Under the pieces are notes generated by a model, which saw only the letters and a list, made by a program, of their open reading frames with translations, did not search any database and had not been told where the DNA came from. The translations under genes and the position numbers were made by a program. Shown in pieces: positions 26,670 through 41,000 of a DNA stretch of 64,000 nucleotides. The stretch spans positions 496,001 to 560,000 of the forward strand of contig JAAOMT010000468.1 of the NCBI GenBank assembly GCA_016748015.1, in the 5' to 3' direction. This DNA comes from Geosiphon pyriformis uo1 (Eukaryota; Fungi; Glomeromycota). Each line of letters begins with the position of its first letter. Position 1 is the stretch's first letter.

Positions 26670-28068
26670 ATATTCTTTTGGTTGTTCAATTTGACGTGTT
26701 TGGTTCAATGACTATGATTGGTTTCAGATTTTATGAAATCTTATCTGGTTGAACTAGTATTTTCTGTGCTTTTAGTTGTAAAATATTACTGGTGAATGCT
26801 GATGCTATGTTTTGTTATAGTTTCAGTCGATCTCTATGTGCTGCTTTGGTTAAGATTTTGTTGTTCAATCTTAATTTATAAGCTCTATTTTCTAGAATTT
26901 TTTCTACATGAAATAGTCCATCTCATTTGGAGTTAAATTTTCTACTCTATTGTTTTTTTGTTTTGGTATGATGTAAAAGTATTTTGTTTCTAATCCTAAA
27001 TTTGACTGGTTTATCTGGTAATTGGTTATCATGTCTTTCTTTTTGTTTTTTTTGTAACTTTTGGATGTTATCAGCTGCTTTTTGTCATTTGTTTTCTAGT
27101 GTTTTCATTAAGTTATATGTTTTTCTTAACAATGTTCTTTGAAAATTCTCTTTTGTTATTGGTTCTGTTGGATATGTTTTGACTTCTATCTTGACTGGTA
27201 ATGTTGCTGTTCTACTGTATACTAATTCAAATGGTGTTGCTTGTGTAATGTCTTGTTTTATTGTCTAATAAGCAAATAATATTGATAGTATAAACAAATC
27301 TTATTTGTCCTAGTTTTCTTGGCTGATTTTGGTGATTGCTTTACACAATATTCTGTTAAATTTTTCAACTAACCCATTTGTTTGTAAATGGTATGGTAAT
27401 GATAATGGTCTTTTTATCCCAAATCTTTGACTTAATTCTGCCAATGTTCTATTTACAAAGTGAGTTCCTGGATTTGATAATAGTTTTTTTGAACATCTAT
27501 GTTGACAGATCAAATCTTAATAAATGAATTTGGCAATGAATTTTGCATCTGCTCTTTGAATGGCTTTTACTTCTGGCCATTTTGTGAGATAGTCCATGGC
27601 TACCACAATATATCTGTTGCTTCTGCTGGTTATTGTTAATGGTCTGACTAAGTCAATTTCAATGTGATCAAATAGTTGTCCCACTTTAATTGGTTTCAAT
27701 GGTTTATTGGGTCTTGTTTCTTCTCTTCTTTGACAAGCATCACAATTTTAAACATATTGGATAATGTCTGAATATATTAATAGCCAATAATATTTTTTTC
27801 TGATTTTTTTTATAGTTGTTTCTTTGTGAAAATGTTCTGTTGTTAAATTTGAGTGCATATTGAATAATATTGTTTCTTTTTCTGGTTTTGTAATTACTTT
27901 GATTGGTTGATCTGAATTTCTTTTGTTTTTTTAGTAAAGTATATTTTAATGATTGATAAAATATTTTGATTGTTGTTTTATGTTGTTTTGTTCTTTTTGA
28001 GATAATTTCTTCTTGAACAATTGTGTATTTATGTAATATTGAAGTTGTTGATATTTTTGTTCATTCAT
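26670..28068 (-). pseudogene. Gypsy 1 integrase (HHCC, rve core, GPF/Y-like tail)
   Basis: Pieces 27517..27699 and 27310..27513; homologous to 51575-52960. Confidence 0.88.
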
Positions 28069-28098
28069 CTTTTGTTATATTTTTGGGTTGAAATGTTT

Positions 28099-31000
28099 TT
28101 AGATTTGTCTCATTTGCAACAAACTGTCAGGATTTCTATTTTTTTTTTCTTTTTTGTAATGTACTGTATAATTAAATGATGAAAGTTCTATTTTTCATCT
28201 GGTATGGCGATTGTCTCCAAATCCTTGCTTCTGGATTGAAGTCAATCCTTTGTGATTAGTGTACACATCAAACTTTTGACTCAAATATTCTTTTTATTTG
28301 ATAACAGCCCAATAGATAGCTAAGTGTTCTAGTGCTGGAGTTTCATAGTTCTTTTCAGCTGGATTTAAGCTTCTGCTGGCATAAGCTACTGGGTGTTTTC
28401 ATTTATCCAGTTCTTTCTGAGATAGTATTGCTCCTAATGCTTAACCAAATGTATTTGTTGTGATTATAAATGGCTTGCTATAATCCGAATAGATCAGTAC
28501 TGGAGCTTGAATAAGCTTTCTTCTTAATGTGTCAAAAGCTTCTTGCTGAGTTTTTGTCCATTTATATCTGGTGTTCTTTGTTTAGAGCTAGTGTAATGGC
28601 TAAGCCAATTTGGAAAAGTCTTTGATGAAATGGCAGTAGTAATTCACAAATCCTAAGAATACTTGTAGTTCTGTCAAGTTAGTAAGTACTGGAAAGTTCT
28701 TAACTATCTCAATTTTGTCTGGATCTATTTTAATTTTGTTTTTGTTCACAACATGTCCCAAAAACTTGAGTTTGGTTTTTCCAAAGAAACACTTGGTTGC
28801 ATTTAATTTTAATCCAGCTCTTCTTAGTTTTTTAAATATTTGTTAAAGATAGTGTAAATAATCATCAAATGTTTTAGAAAACACATTAGTGTCATTTAGA
28901 TATAATGACTATTGATTTTTATAATAGTCTAGTATAGACAATTTTTATAAGCTGTTGGAATGTGGCCAGAGCATTCATCAAGCCAAATAACATAACTTTA
29001 AATTCGAAATTTTCTTCTTGAGTTATAAAAGTTGTTTTCTTTTTGTCTTCTGAGTTCATGGCTACTTGTCAGTAACCACTATCTAAGTCTAAAGTTAAGA
29101 ACCATTTCTTTTTTCCAAAAGTGTTGAACAGTTCTTGGATCTTTGGAGTCAAATAACTATCTCTTTTGGTTACTCCATTCAGTTTCCAGTAATCCACACA
29201 AAAGTGGATTTTCCTATTTTTCTTATGGACTAGTACTATTGGTAATGATCATGGGCTTATTGATGACTGAATTAGCTTATTGTTAAGCATCTAATTGATT
29301 TCTTGACGAATGATCTCATGGCTAACTAGTGGTACTCTGTATGTTCTTTGTTTAATTGGTATTATATCTTTAGTCTTGATCTGATACTGAATTATGTTAG
29401 TTCTGCCAAATTTATTTTCACTGGCAAAAATGTTATTAAAGTTGTTGAGTAATATCTTGAGCTGCATACATTGTAGTAAATCTAGATTTCTTAAGTTCAT
29501 CTGTTCCAATTGTTCTGGTTGGAGCAGATAAAATTCTTCTCATCCATATATTGTTTGAGATATGATATTTACATATTTACACAGTTGTGGAAAGTCTGGA
29601 ATGGTGCTTGGTAGTTGGTTTTTAATTTCAGTGGTTAAATATCTAATAGTGGTTCCTTCTGGTATCTCGATGGTGTTTCCCATGTTTTTATAAATAGAAA
29701 TTTTGATGTAACTGTGGTTCTTGGCTGGTATGTATAGATTGACTAATCTAATTTCTCCTAATTCACAAAGTGTTGCTTTTGTCTCAAAAATTTGTACCTG
29801 ATCCTTTATTTTCTTTTTTATGACTAATATGTACTGGTCATGTAATGAAATGGAAATTGATTGACAAGTAGAGATAATTTCTTTCTTGTTAATAATTTTT
29901 TCCTCTGTCATATTAACTGGTACATCTATTCTATTCATAAATTCAAAACTCTGTATTCCTCTAGCTGTAAACCCCAATTCTTCCCTGTTTTCTATTGATA
30001 CTAATTGAGCTATTTTAATCAGAGGCAGGAATATTGCTTGTGCTATCTTTTTGTTTGGCTCTATGATATAGGTCTTTTCTGAGTTATTTTGTAGTATTGT
30101 AATGATATTTCCTACATATTTTGCATTAATTATTCCTCCTCTAATATTAATTTCTTTTTTCACTAAGCTATTCCTAGATGCTAATTAAACCATTATTGTC
30201 ACTGGGATTTCCAGTGCTACTTTGAGATCAATGCAGGTACATAAATACAGTTCCAATTTAATGGTGTCTTTCTTTAGATATTTCAAATTAAATCTGACAT
30301 TAGTATCATGCGCATGTTTAGGCATAATGTCTTTATTATTATCACTGAACTATTTTAGGGTCTGCTCTTTGGTAAGATCAAGGAGTGTGATGTATTGTTT
30401 GAGGTTTAAATCTGAGTCTGAATTGTTATTGTTGTTGTTGCCAATTTGCATAAAGCTGGAACCATTGTTTTTATTGTCATTGTTGTCAGAGTTTGAATCG
30501 AAATTGAAAGTTGATTCTGATTTTAATACACAGCTGCTAATTGGTTCTTCCTCTTTTTGGATCATGTAAATTATGCATAGTGGTAGATTGTAAATAAGGT
30601 CACACTCATTACAATATTAAAAGTTATAGGGAATCAAACAATGGTCACATAGTTATGTGTTTATTTTTTCTAACTATTGCTCTTGTTCTTCTCGAGTGGA
30701 TGCTAATTCTTGGTAGTGTTCATAGAATTTTTCTGGGTCTATAAGCTTTAGGATAATATTTGAGTTTGGCTCTAATTAAGTTCTATGGGTTTTGGTGGAT
30801 TGTTTTTGATCATTCTTATTTCTTCTGGTAATGCTTCTTTGATTTTGGCAAGTGCCATTTGCCAGATTTTGTCATCATTATGTGAACAACTGTCCAGACA
30901 TTTTACTGCTCTTCTCTAAATAACTTCTATGGGAGTCTTTTTTTCTACCCAGTTACTGATTAGAATCGTGTATTGACATAATTTGTCACAGATTTTTCCT

Positions 31001-34000
31001 CATTCAGGAATGTTGTTCCACATTTTTTCATTTAATAGAGTTTCTTTACAAGCATAACAAGATTCATTGTTCCATTTTTTTTGCCTTTTTGGTCTTCCAA
31101 AACGTTCTAGGATGCATGGATGGCAGTAGAATTTGGTTGCTATAGAGTATTTCTCATTATCACCATAGCACATGCCCATTGATAACAATTTCTTGCCACA
31201 ATTGATGCATACCAGTTTCAGTTGGCAATAGTTAGTCTGGTGTAATAAAGAATAGGTATATGATGTATAAGTAGAGGTAGTAACTGGCACTGATTCTTCT
31301 TCTTTTTCCTTTCCTTTTTTTTTCTCTTCCCAAATCCAAATTGATAACTGCTTGCTCTGGTTGTTATTATTTCAATAATCTTGGTTGGTTTTTCAGATAG
31401 ATTTTTCTTCTCTTCTTTCCTTTCCTTTGTCATTCCATAATAGTATCAGTGATAATTTGTTGTGGTCAGCATCAGTCCAGAACACTTGGTAAGCTTCCCA
31501 GGTAGGTTTTCTTTCTTCTTCTTCTAATTCAATGAATGACTTGTTATTGGTAATAGTCTTGAAATAACCACACATGGCTGACACACATATGTGGTGACTG
31601 TTTTGGCTAAGCTACAGTTCTTAAGTGTTTCAGTCAAACACAGTGTTGGTTTTGGACAGCCAATTGTTCCTAATAAGAGCTTAATATTAAGTTGCTTCCA
31701 TTACAAGAACTTTGATGGGTATAATAATACCATTGATTTTAATGGGTAATTTATCTATTTTGCCAATTGGAGTTTTGGTTGCTCTATCAGCTATTATGAT
31801 TTTGGTGCTGGCAGTGTAATCAACTCAGCAACCTAATTAGTTCATGAGTTGTTATGTGATAATGCTGCCTGCTGAACCACTATCTAATATGAGTTTGATG
31901 AAGTGACCATCAACTTTAGTATTAGTATACATAGTGGTAATTGGCTTTTCTTCGAGAGTGGCTCCACTAAACAAGAGCATAAATGACAGTTCCTTGAGTT
32001 TAAATGAGAAGATTGCTGTTAGTAATTTGTTGTTGATAATGGTGGTTAAAGGTATGTTGCTGATAAGTGTTTGTGTTTGATTAATTTCCACGTTGTTGGA
32101 TGAGACATCTGCTGGAGTTACTAGAAGGCTTAAATAGTGTTAAGAATTCAGGTTTTGGGTGTACTCAGTGTCCAAATTCTGCTGGTATGATCCTGATGGC
32201 TGGTTTGATGAACTGAGAATTGGTTGGTGGACAACTATCGCTGATCTCCAATTTTGAGTAACCCTAGATTGGGAATTTCCTGATGTCATCTGAACTAAGT
32301 TTAGTAATAGTATTGTATTTTGTTAAGGTTGATAAATTACTTGAGGCTGTGGCTAATAGATAAGTTAAGACTGCAGTTGATAAACTATGAGTGTTAAAGA
32401 CTAATATATTGTTGGTTAATAGATTAACTGCTACATTATAAGTACATAATTCAGTTGATATGGTGCTGGATTAAATTAATAACTTGGAGTTTGGAACCAG
32501 CAATTGGGATTTCAGTATTGATTTTCTGATTATTGGTTATTTAATCAATGACAGCAGTCAATTTGTAGGTGTTCTTGTTTACCACAATAATGGCAAACAC
32601 ACATTTTTTGTTGCCACTGTTGATTGGTCAATGATAATAGATGCAATTGATTTTGGAAATAATTGGAGTTTTCTTGATTATTATATTATTGAGGAGATTG
32701 ATAAATTGTATGATTGTCAGCTAAGTATCTTTTTAATTTTTGATTAATTGAATTACTGAGTTGTTTCAATTTGGAGTCCAGTTCAGATGATCTATTTATC
32801 ACTAGATTGATGGCTTAAGCATGGTTAGCTTTGAGTTCTGCAGATTTGAAATCCTGTACATTGGTAACTGCATCTTAGAAAGTTTGTGGGTATATTGGGT
32901 GTATGCATTGGAGAATACTACTGTGCAGTCCACAAATAAACTGGTTCAAAATCTGTGATGCTGTAAAGTAATTTGTATTAATTGCTTGTATTTGGTGCAA
33001 GTTCCTATGGAAGCATCTTAAGTAAGTAGTGACTGCTTCATTTTTTTCTTGTTTGATGGTGGTGAAGATATTTGCTAAGTGATTAATACTGTTGTTGTTG
33101 CTAAAATATCTCAAGAACTCAAGCTTAAATGCATTAAAATCTTAAGGTTTGTTGACTAAGCTCTAATACCACAAGTTAACGGTATTTTGGAGGAAATATA
33201 GAATGGCTTGTATGGCTCATGCATCATTTTATTCATTGGCTGTAATGGCTTTTTCCACATTATTCAGTCACACTTGGGTGTTATCTTCTTTGTCCATGAA
33301 TTTTTCAAGTTTTGCTATTAGAGCATAGATCATTGGATCCAAGTTTGGTTGTTGTGATGGTTAAAGTGGTAATTGTTAAGGTAGTATTGATAGCTGTTAA
33401 AATTGTTTAGCAATTAGATCAATTGGTTGTTGATTAATGATAATTTCTGGAGGTAAGTTTTGCTGATTAATTAACTCAGGATTTAGATTGTTCTGATTTT
33501 CCAGAGTTTAATTAACTGGAGTTTTGATTTCTAAATTTTCTAGAATTGGGTTTTGCTTGCTAATTTCTTGATCACTAGTTTCCTCTTTCTTAGAATTGGT
33601 TATTTTCCAAGAATTAATGGCTCCAAAATCTGGTTGTGGTAATAGTGATTGAATTCCTGATGGCATTGGGGATCATAATTTAAATCTCTTGAAATAATCG
33701 CTGTATGTTCCTAATAACTCTGCTTTCTTTTGTTTACTTTGAAACAAGATTCTGTTTAGTAGTATTGTTGCCCTTGCTGTAGTCATGTTTATTATATTGA
33801 TAGTACTTCCAGATGTGTGGTAATATAATGGATTAACAAGTAAATTAAATTTTTGTTTCTTCCAAGTAGGTAGTTGGATTTGTTTTGGTGTTTCTGCTGG
33901 TGTTTGTAACTTTTCTTTTCTTTTGTCAACAAAAGTGATAGGAAATTTCTGCTTGGTGTATTTTTCAATTTCCCTGTTTATTTTTGTGATTAATGATGTA

Positions 34001-34239
34001 AATAAGTAGTTTTGTGGAAGAGTAGTGCTTTGGAGTAGTTCACTGAAGAAATTGTTGAAGGCAGATTCTGGATCTTCTTGGTCTCCCAAATGATATACTA
34101 TTCTCTTATTAACATAGCAGTTAAAAGCTGATTTTGTTGGCCAACTATTATTTGTTAATCTGAAATGGGTGTGATAGTATTAAAATAAAGATTTTGTAAA
34201 TTCCAAATGGTTTGTTTTTGTTTCTTTGAATTCTGCCAC
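28099..34239 (-). pseudogene. Gypsy 1 gag-protease-Cys-rich-dUTPase-RT-RNase H region (many stops and frameshifts)
   Basis: ORF pieces 33673..34089, 32875..33114, 31852..32091, 31000..31290, 29540..30163 and 29291..29509 are collinear with copy 2. Confidence 0.88.
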
Positions 34240-34284
34240 TGTTTCAGATGGGTGTTTGTTAGTGTTGATTCTCTGTAGAATTAT

Positions 34285-34302
34285 ATCTCACAGAGAGCAC
34301 CA
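34285..34302 (-). promoter_or_regulatory. Primer-binding site TGGTGCTCTCTGTGAGAT
   Basis: 2 nt inside the 5' LTR boundary; complementary to a tRNA 3' end ..CTCACAGAGAGCACCA. Confidence 0.88.
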
Positions 34303-34304
34303 AA

Positions 34305-35198
34305 TGTTACAAGTAATTATTTGTGGTCTCAAAGCAAATAACAAATCCGTAACTAGATGCTCAATTGATTTTAATAGTGTTGGTTTCTGAAGATTTTGAT
34401 TATCTGAAAGTTTTGGGTTAGAGTTCTTTGTATAATAGACAGAGATTTAGTGGTGATTGTAGTAGGTTTCTGGAATCGCAATTTTGCCCAATTTTTTTCT
34501 CAGCTTGGTGGCCAGATTTACTTTGGCAGTTGTGCCCTTCTGGTAAGCTATCTGTTAATATATATGTAATTCTACTCTTATTTCTGGGTCTTTTACCAGG
34601 CTATCCTTGATGTCAATAATTCAGCACTTTACTCTTTAATCAATTAGTCAACAACAAAAAATAACAAACAAAAGAAAATAAAAAAAAATAAAGAAATAAG
34701 CCAAGGCAATGAGTGTTAATATCTTATTAATAACTATAATCAAGAGCTATTGTTCTAATATGGTTAAATATTAATTACTATCAACATGAAGTGGTGATAA
34801 TGGAGAGTGGATTGGAGATATTGAATAATTATTTATTAATATTTGTGATGTGAAAAGTTGCTTAGATCAAATCTAAACTGAGAGATCTCTTTTTTTTTGT
34901 TTTTAATGCTACTGTTATATATACCTAATTTATGTTCTATGAGATCACTCACATTCTCGAGCAGTGTGTTATGATTTTTTGAGCAATGCTTATATTGCTA
35001 AGCAATGTGCCCTAATTTTCTAATATCATTCTATATTGCTGAGCAATGTGTTGTGATTTTTGATATTGTTTCACATTGCTGAGCAGTGTGTTGTAATTTC
35101 TAATATTACTCCATATTGCTAAGCAATGTGCTCATGTGCTAACTACTACTTTCTTATTGGTCTACTATTTTCTATATCTGTTTTCTTTATGAGTAACA
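34305..35198 (-). repeat. 5' LTR of Gypsy copy 1
   Basis: TGTTACA..GAGTAACA termini; adjacent to the PBS. Confidence 0.93.
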
Positions 35199-35295
35199 AT
35201 AAGAGCAAAGAAGAGTTTTGAAGTTTTAGCTTTTTTTTTTCTCCTTTTCCTTTATTTTATCAGTTATTTCTTCAAACACACTTAATTTTGTTGCA

Positions 35296-38060
35296 ATGAA
35301 AATAGCAAACATGGTTACTGGTATTTCTGGTTCTGGTTTGACTGGTTTGGAGACCTATTTAAGTACTAAGAAGAAACACGTGGACAGCATTTACTTCTAT
35401 AGTACATCTTACAAGAAGCTTAAGAAGCCTGTTGTCATTGGTATTGTTGACTTGTCTGCTGGCCTGTTAAGCTTGGTGGACTTTGGTGGTGCTGATAGCA
35501 AATCTGTGGTGTTCTGAAGAAGTGAAGTTGACAGTATTAAGAGTAATATTAATGGTCTTTTAAATTTAGAGAATATAAAGAACACAGTGGCAGAGGAAAC
35601 AAGTTATGCAAACTTGAACAATTCTGTTGACAATAAGGACATAGGTAAGACTACTTCAAGGAAAACTCGGACTTGAACCTACATGTTAGACCATCCACCG
35701 AAAGCACTTTTATTTAGTAATATAATGTTACAGATGATTAATTGGGGTCTCAAGGCAAATAACAAACTCATAACTTGGTGCTCAGTGACTAGTTTGGTAG
35801 ATGATATTAGTAAGATTGGTATTTTGTCTTTATCTGAAGATTTTGGTTGAATTCTTTGTATAATAAACAGAGATTCAATAGTTGTTCAGTAGTCTCTTGG
35901 AATTGCAATTCTGTCAAATTTTTTTCTCAGCGTGGTGGCCAGTAATCCTTTTGGTAAGCTATCCTCAAATCTATGAGTGTTCTACTTTTGTTTTACAGGT
36001 CTTTTACCAGTCCCTATGATGTTTGTAACTTAGTGCTTTAATCTTTAATCAATTAGTTAACCAACAAGAAATACAAAAGAAATAAAGAAAATAAAAGAAG
36101 ATAAAGAAATAAACAAAAGCAATTACAAGTTAGTATTCTATCAATAGCTATAACCAAGAATTATTGTTCCAGTATAATTAAGTATCAATTACTATCAACA
36201 TAAAGTGTTAATAGTGAAGAGTAGATTGAGATAGTGAATAATTATTTATTAATATTTGGGAATGAAAGGTTGCTTAGATCAGATCTAAACTGAAAGATCT
36301 CTAACTGAAGGATTCTGTCCTTTCTACTTCTACTGCTATATATACATAATTGAGATTCCTCAATTTCTCAATTCTTCACACCAGGAATTCTGCAATTCCT
36401 TATATGAAAATCCTGAAATTCCTGGAATTCTGTGATTCCTCTTGAGAGAAATCCTGGAATTTCACATTTACTATGGCTACTTCTGATTGGCTAATTTATA
36501 TGCTAATATACTTCCTATATTCTATGAGTAAAAATGAGTAATAATAGTGATGTTCTGGATCTTCTTTTTCCTAAATCTGTTGGTTTCAATCAGCTGTCAT
36601 CTGCCAAGTTACATGTCTTGGATAGATGAAGCTTTGAATCTGTTAAATCATTTGCATTGAACATGGAATTGGCTACTATGTCTAGAAAAAGTGTTAGTGA
36701 TAAGTTAATTTCTATTAAAAAAATTTTTTATTAAATTAATAGTTTTGGGGAGGTGTTGACTCCCTCAAAATTCCCAAGGATTATTAGGTCTTTATTTACT
36801 TCTGAAATGAGTTTGAAAAAGGCTAGGAAGTTGGCTGTTGGTGAGAAAATTTTAGTTAATAATAATGTTAAGCAAATAAATAAATGCATGGATTGGGAAA
36901 TTGTTGTTAAAAAGATCTTAGTAGATCTTTTCAAATTAGCTGTAGAGTCAGTTTTCTCCAAATTTGGCAAGATTGTCTCAATCAAAATACAGCTAATTAG
37001 GCTTTAGCAAAAAACTGTTATAGAATTTGTTTCATCAGATGTGGCTAGTTTAGTTGCTTCCAAGTGGTTGGTTTTCATGAATAAAGATTCTGTGTGTATG
37101 GCCTTAATCATTAATAACAAAGATTCATGGATATTAAGGAACCAGTATCAGGCTTTATTATATATTCTTTCAGTTAACACTATAGCTTATGATTTTTCTG
37201 GTTTGGTGGAAGCTTATAATGAGAAAACTTGTTTCATTGGCCATAATCCTTATTTATATGTTCATGATAGATGTGCATTAATATGTTTTAATAATGAGGC
37301 ATCCAAATTGGCTGTTATTGGCTCAGTTTCTGTTTTTAAGAATGTGAATTTGTATTGAACTGATCTTTTTTTAGCCTGTTGTGTTGGGTATAAACAACTT
37401 GGTCATATATTTGATGTCTGTTCTGTGAGTAAGAACTCTGGTGTTCATGAAAAATGGGTGGTTATTTCTTAGGATTAGGTCTGCTTGGCCAACATTTATA
37501 AAAAAAAGCAGGCTTTAATTGCTTATCCAGTTTCTTTTGGTGGTAAAACTTGGATTCAGATTGCTGGTGAGTTTTTATCTCATGTGGTTCTATTAGTTTT
37601 ATCTAGTGTTGGTTCTTCTCTGAGTGTGATGTTTCTCTCTTTAAGTTCTACTTTTCTTTCTAATTCTGGCTTGGCTGATTGTTTGGTGGTCTTGAAATAC
37701 TCTCTGGAGCTTTTATTTAATCAGTTTTTTGCTCTTGTAAAAAAATTAGACTTTGTGGAATTGGTGCTTTTGATTACAACTTTTCACATTCCTCCTCCAG
37801 TTGCTCTTGTTCTTTTGGCTCTTAATTGGGATTTAGATATAGTTGTAGATAATGTGTTAATGTTATCTGCCCTCCTTTTTTCTGTCAGTTTTGATGTGAT
37901 CATTGATTTTAGCTCTAACAGTTCTAAGGTTTTAACCACCAAGATGGGTGGCTTGGAATCAAAAATGATGGCTATAGAGGTATTGGTTAATTCAGTTTTG
38001 GAGAGGTTGGATTGTTTGTGTTCTGGTTTGGGTTCATCAGTTTTTTCTTCATCTCAATAA
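35296..38060 (+). pseudogene. LINE D ORF1, interrupted by a solo LTR
   Basis: Pieces 35296..35517, 36753..37007, 37041..37358 and 37485..38060 are homologous to LINE C ORF1. Confidence 0.85.
35726..36533 (-). mobile_element. Solo LTR related to the Gypsy family, with GGAATT-repeat U3
   Basis: TGTTACAGATG..GAGTAAAA ends, R/U5 homologous to the Gypsy LTRs, TSD ataa/atga; LINE ORF1 resumes after it. Confidence 0.88.
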
Positions 38061-41000
38061 ACAATTTGATTTGGAAAATTGCTACATGCAATGTTCGAGA
38101 TATGAACAATCCTACAAAACAGAAAGATATTGTTCATTGGCACAAAGATATGGGCAATTTGATTTCAATTGTTACTAAGACTAAATTAAAAACCAAAGTC
38201 CATCCATGACTTGCTAATAAATTTAATGGTGCTTATGTTTTTATTTCTGGTGTGAACTCTGGTTACTTGGGTTTTGGTGTTGCCATTATCATAGACATTT
38301 CTCTAATTTGTTATGTGTATAAAGTTTTTAAGGTGCCTGGTCAGCTTCTTTCTGTCAGGTTACTCTTTAAGAATAAACTTTCTGTCTCAATTTTGGGGCT
38401 TTATGCTGGTACTTTATCAGTGGTTCAGTTTTCTCAGGCTGGTAATATCAATTCTCTTATTACAAAAGCTGTTAATAAATCTTTTTTCATCATCTTTGGT
38501 GGTGATTTTAATAAGAATGATTCTTGTAGGTATACAAGTTTTCAAAAATGCCTTGATCTGAGGCTGGTTAATTTTTTGGTAAGTAGTTTGGCTGTAAAGA
38601 AGTCTACTTGAAAAAATTCAAAAGGCATTGTTAAGACAATTAATTATGTGTTTGTTTCTTCAAATCTGATCAATGGAATAGTACATTGTAATGTTTTGGG
38701 AGTTAATGAGCATTTTAACACAAATTACCAGGCTGGTTTTGTGTCTGTGAATTTGAATAAATTATTGGATATGCAATTAAACTCTATTCACAAGCAAGCA
38801 AACAAGAATTGTTGGAAGTTTGATTTTAAGGGTGCTGATCAGGATAAGTAAGACAATTTTAGAAAAGCCATGTTAGTTAATGCTACAATGTTTTTTGCCA
38901 AGTTTGCTGTCTCTGTAAAATTCTCAGATCTAGATGAGATGTGGGATATTGTTTACAAAAGAATGACTCTTTTGACTAGTGAAATATTTAAAAGAAAATA
39001 GTTCAAAAGTTTTGATGGTGTTTTCATCAAAGATTCTTCAAAGTTTTATAAGCTGAAACTTTTGGTTACAAAGATTGTTAGAGCTTCTCATAAGAAGAGT
39101 GTTGTCAGTTTTGTTTTCCTTATAGAGTGATAAGGCTCTTTGGATGATGTTAAATCTTCAATTATTCAGAATCTTGTGAATGCTGGTGCAAGCTTTGATT
39201 ATGTATGTTTTGCTTTTTATGGTATTAAAAAATCTTATTGTGCATTCAAGCTTGCTGAATTTCTGAGGTCTAATAAAGCAAACATCAAGTTTGCTATAGA
39301 TAAAAGAATGGAGAGCTTTGTGACAAATAAGAGACATACTATTAGGAGTGTACTAAAATGTCTTTTCTACAAGGTGTGCTGAACTAATTATGGAGCCTAA
39401 TGTGGTAATGTTCAAGGTAGATGTGATTATAGAAGGTTGGACTAGGAAACATGGTGTGGTTACTGATATCCTTAATGTTTAGTCTTATTAATATTGACCT
39501 TTGGAGTACATTTTTAATAAAGCTTTTTCTGATGTGATGTGTTCAGTTGAGTTTAATGAACTTTTTGGTGTAATTTTTGATCTGCCTGACAGCAAAGCTG
39601 CTGGTCTTTCAGGTATCTTGAATAAGCTTTGGAAACATTGTGACAGATTAATTCTGGATATGCTTTTGGTGCTCTTGAATTTTTGTCTTTTTGGTAAATT
39701 AGTGCCTAGTCTTTGAAAGAAGACTTGGGTCTAAACTATATGAGTGGAAAGAGGTTCTGACAAACACCCAGCCTATTGTCTTAATTGAAACTGCTTATAA
39801 AATCCTATTCAAAATTCTCTCTGATAAGATTTTGTCAGCTTGCAACACTTTTGATGTTCTTTATGAGAATAATTTTTTGGTTTTAAAAGATATGACAACA
39901 CAGTCTCCTATTTTTGTAATTGGTTTAGTGGTTAAAGATGCTCTAGAAAAGAACTGGAAGCTCTGGTTGGTTTTGCAGAATATGTAGAAGATGTATGATT
40001 CAGTTGGCTGAAAACATTTTGAGAAGAGTTTGGTTAGAATCAAAATATGTAACAAATTTATTTGATTATTTGGTAGTGTTTATAGAGGTTATACCAATAG
40101 GGTTATAACTAATTTTGGTTTAATAAGTGATTATTATGTCCATGATAGTTTAGACCAAAGAGAGGCCTTTTCTTTTCTCTTGTGGTGTATATTTTATGAT
40201 TCCTTTTTGTGCGAGATCAAGAGACATGAAAGTACATATGGATACAAATTAAGCTCTTATTTTATTTCTGGAAGTAGTTGTGCTGAGTCTTGGATTGGGC
40301 TTTCTTTTTTTTTACTGCTGGTGCTTTTGTTGATAATATGATTTGAGTTGATAGCAGTCAGACTACTACTCAACATATTCTCAATGTTGCTAGTGAATTT
40401 TTTTGAATTAATAACATCTCTATTAACAATAACAAAACAGTGGCCATTCCTATTAATTGCAGAGTTAATGTACTTTCTTTGTCTATTAATGAATTGCCTA
40501 TCTCTATTGCCAAAAAAAATGAATCTTATTGATACTTAGGTATCTTTCTTTTAATGAATAGTCTCTCAAAGCCTAATTTGGCTAAGGCACATTTAGACAT
40601 TCACTTTTTTGTCAATCTGGTTCTAAAAAAGGCTGTCTTAGATAAGCAGTTTTTATATTTGGTGTTGGCTGTTTTTCATCCTATTGTTAGCTATAAAATA
40701 CAGTTTAGTTTTGTTCTGATTGGTGTATGTAACAAATAAGATGTTTTAATTCATAAAGACTTAAAATTCAAATCAGGTCTCCCTACCAATTTTTCTAGTG
40801 ATATAATCTATTACTCTTTATTTTATGATTTGAAATTTTTTGTTCAACTTCAGTCTGAGAGTAAAATGGCTTCTCTTATTAGCTTTGTAAATTCTGATGG
40901 GATTTTGGGTCGTTTGTTTGCTCACAGATCTCATAACTTGCAAGTTTTGTATTGGCATTCTGTTCACTCTTTAAGTTTTTCTACTTGTATTCAGGTCAGT

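Larger units (their letters stand above)
25194..35198 (-). mobile_element. Ty3/Gypsy-order LTR retrotransposon copy 1 with dUTPase, degenerate; inserted in the 5' UTR of LINE D
   Basis: LTRs 25194-25986 and 34305-35198, PBS, PPT (~25989-26001), gag, protease (LILDSGSAGSII), dUTPase, RT, RNase H, integrase (VVAMDYLTKWPE, YHLQTNGLVEKFN); 4-bp TSD acga/ataa. Confidence 0.93.

Noticed and set aside
34945-35135. CRISPR-like palindromic repeat-spacer array (also 42697-42790 and 44617-44760)
   Set aside because: Eukaryotic LTR context, spacers are similar to each other, no cas genes; these are U3 tandem repeats.
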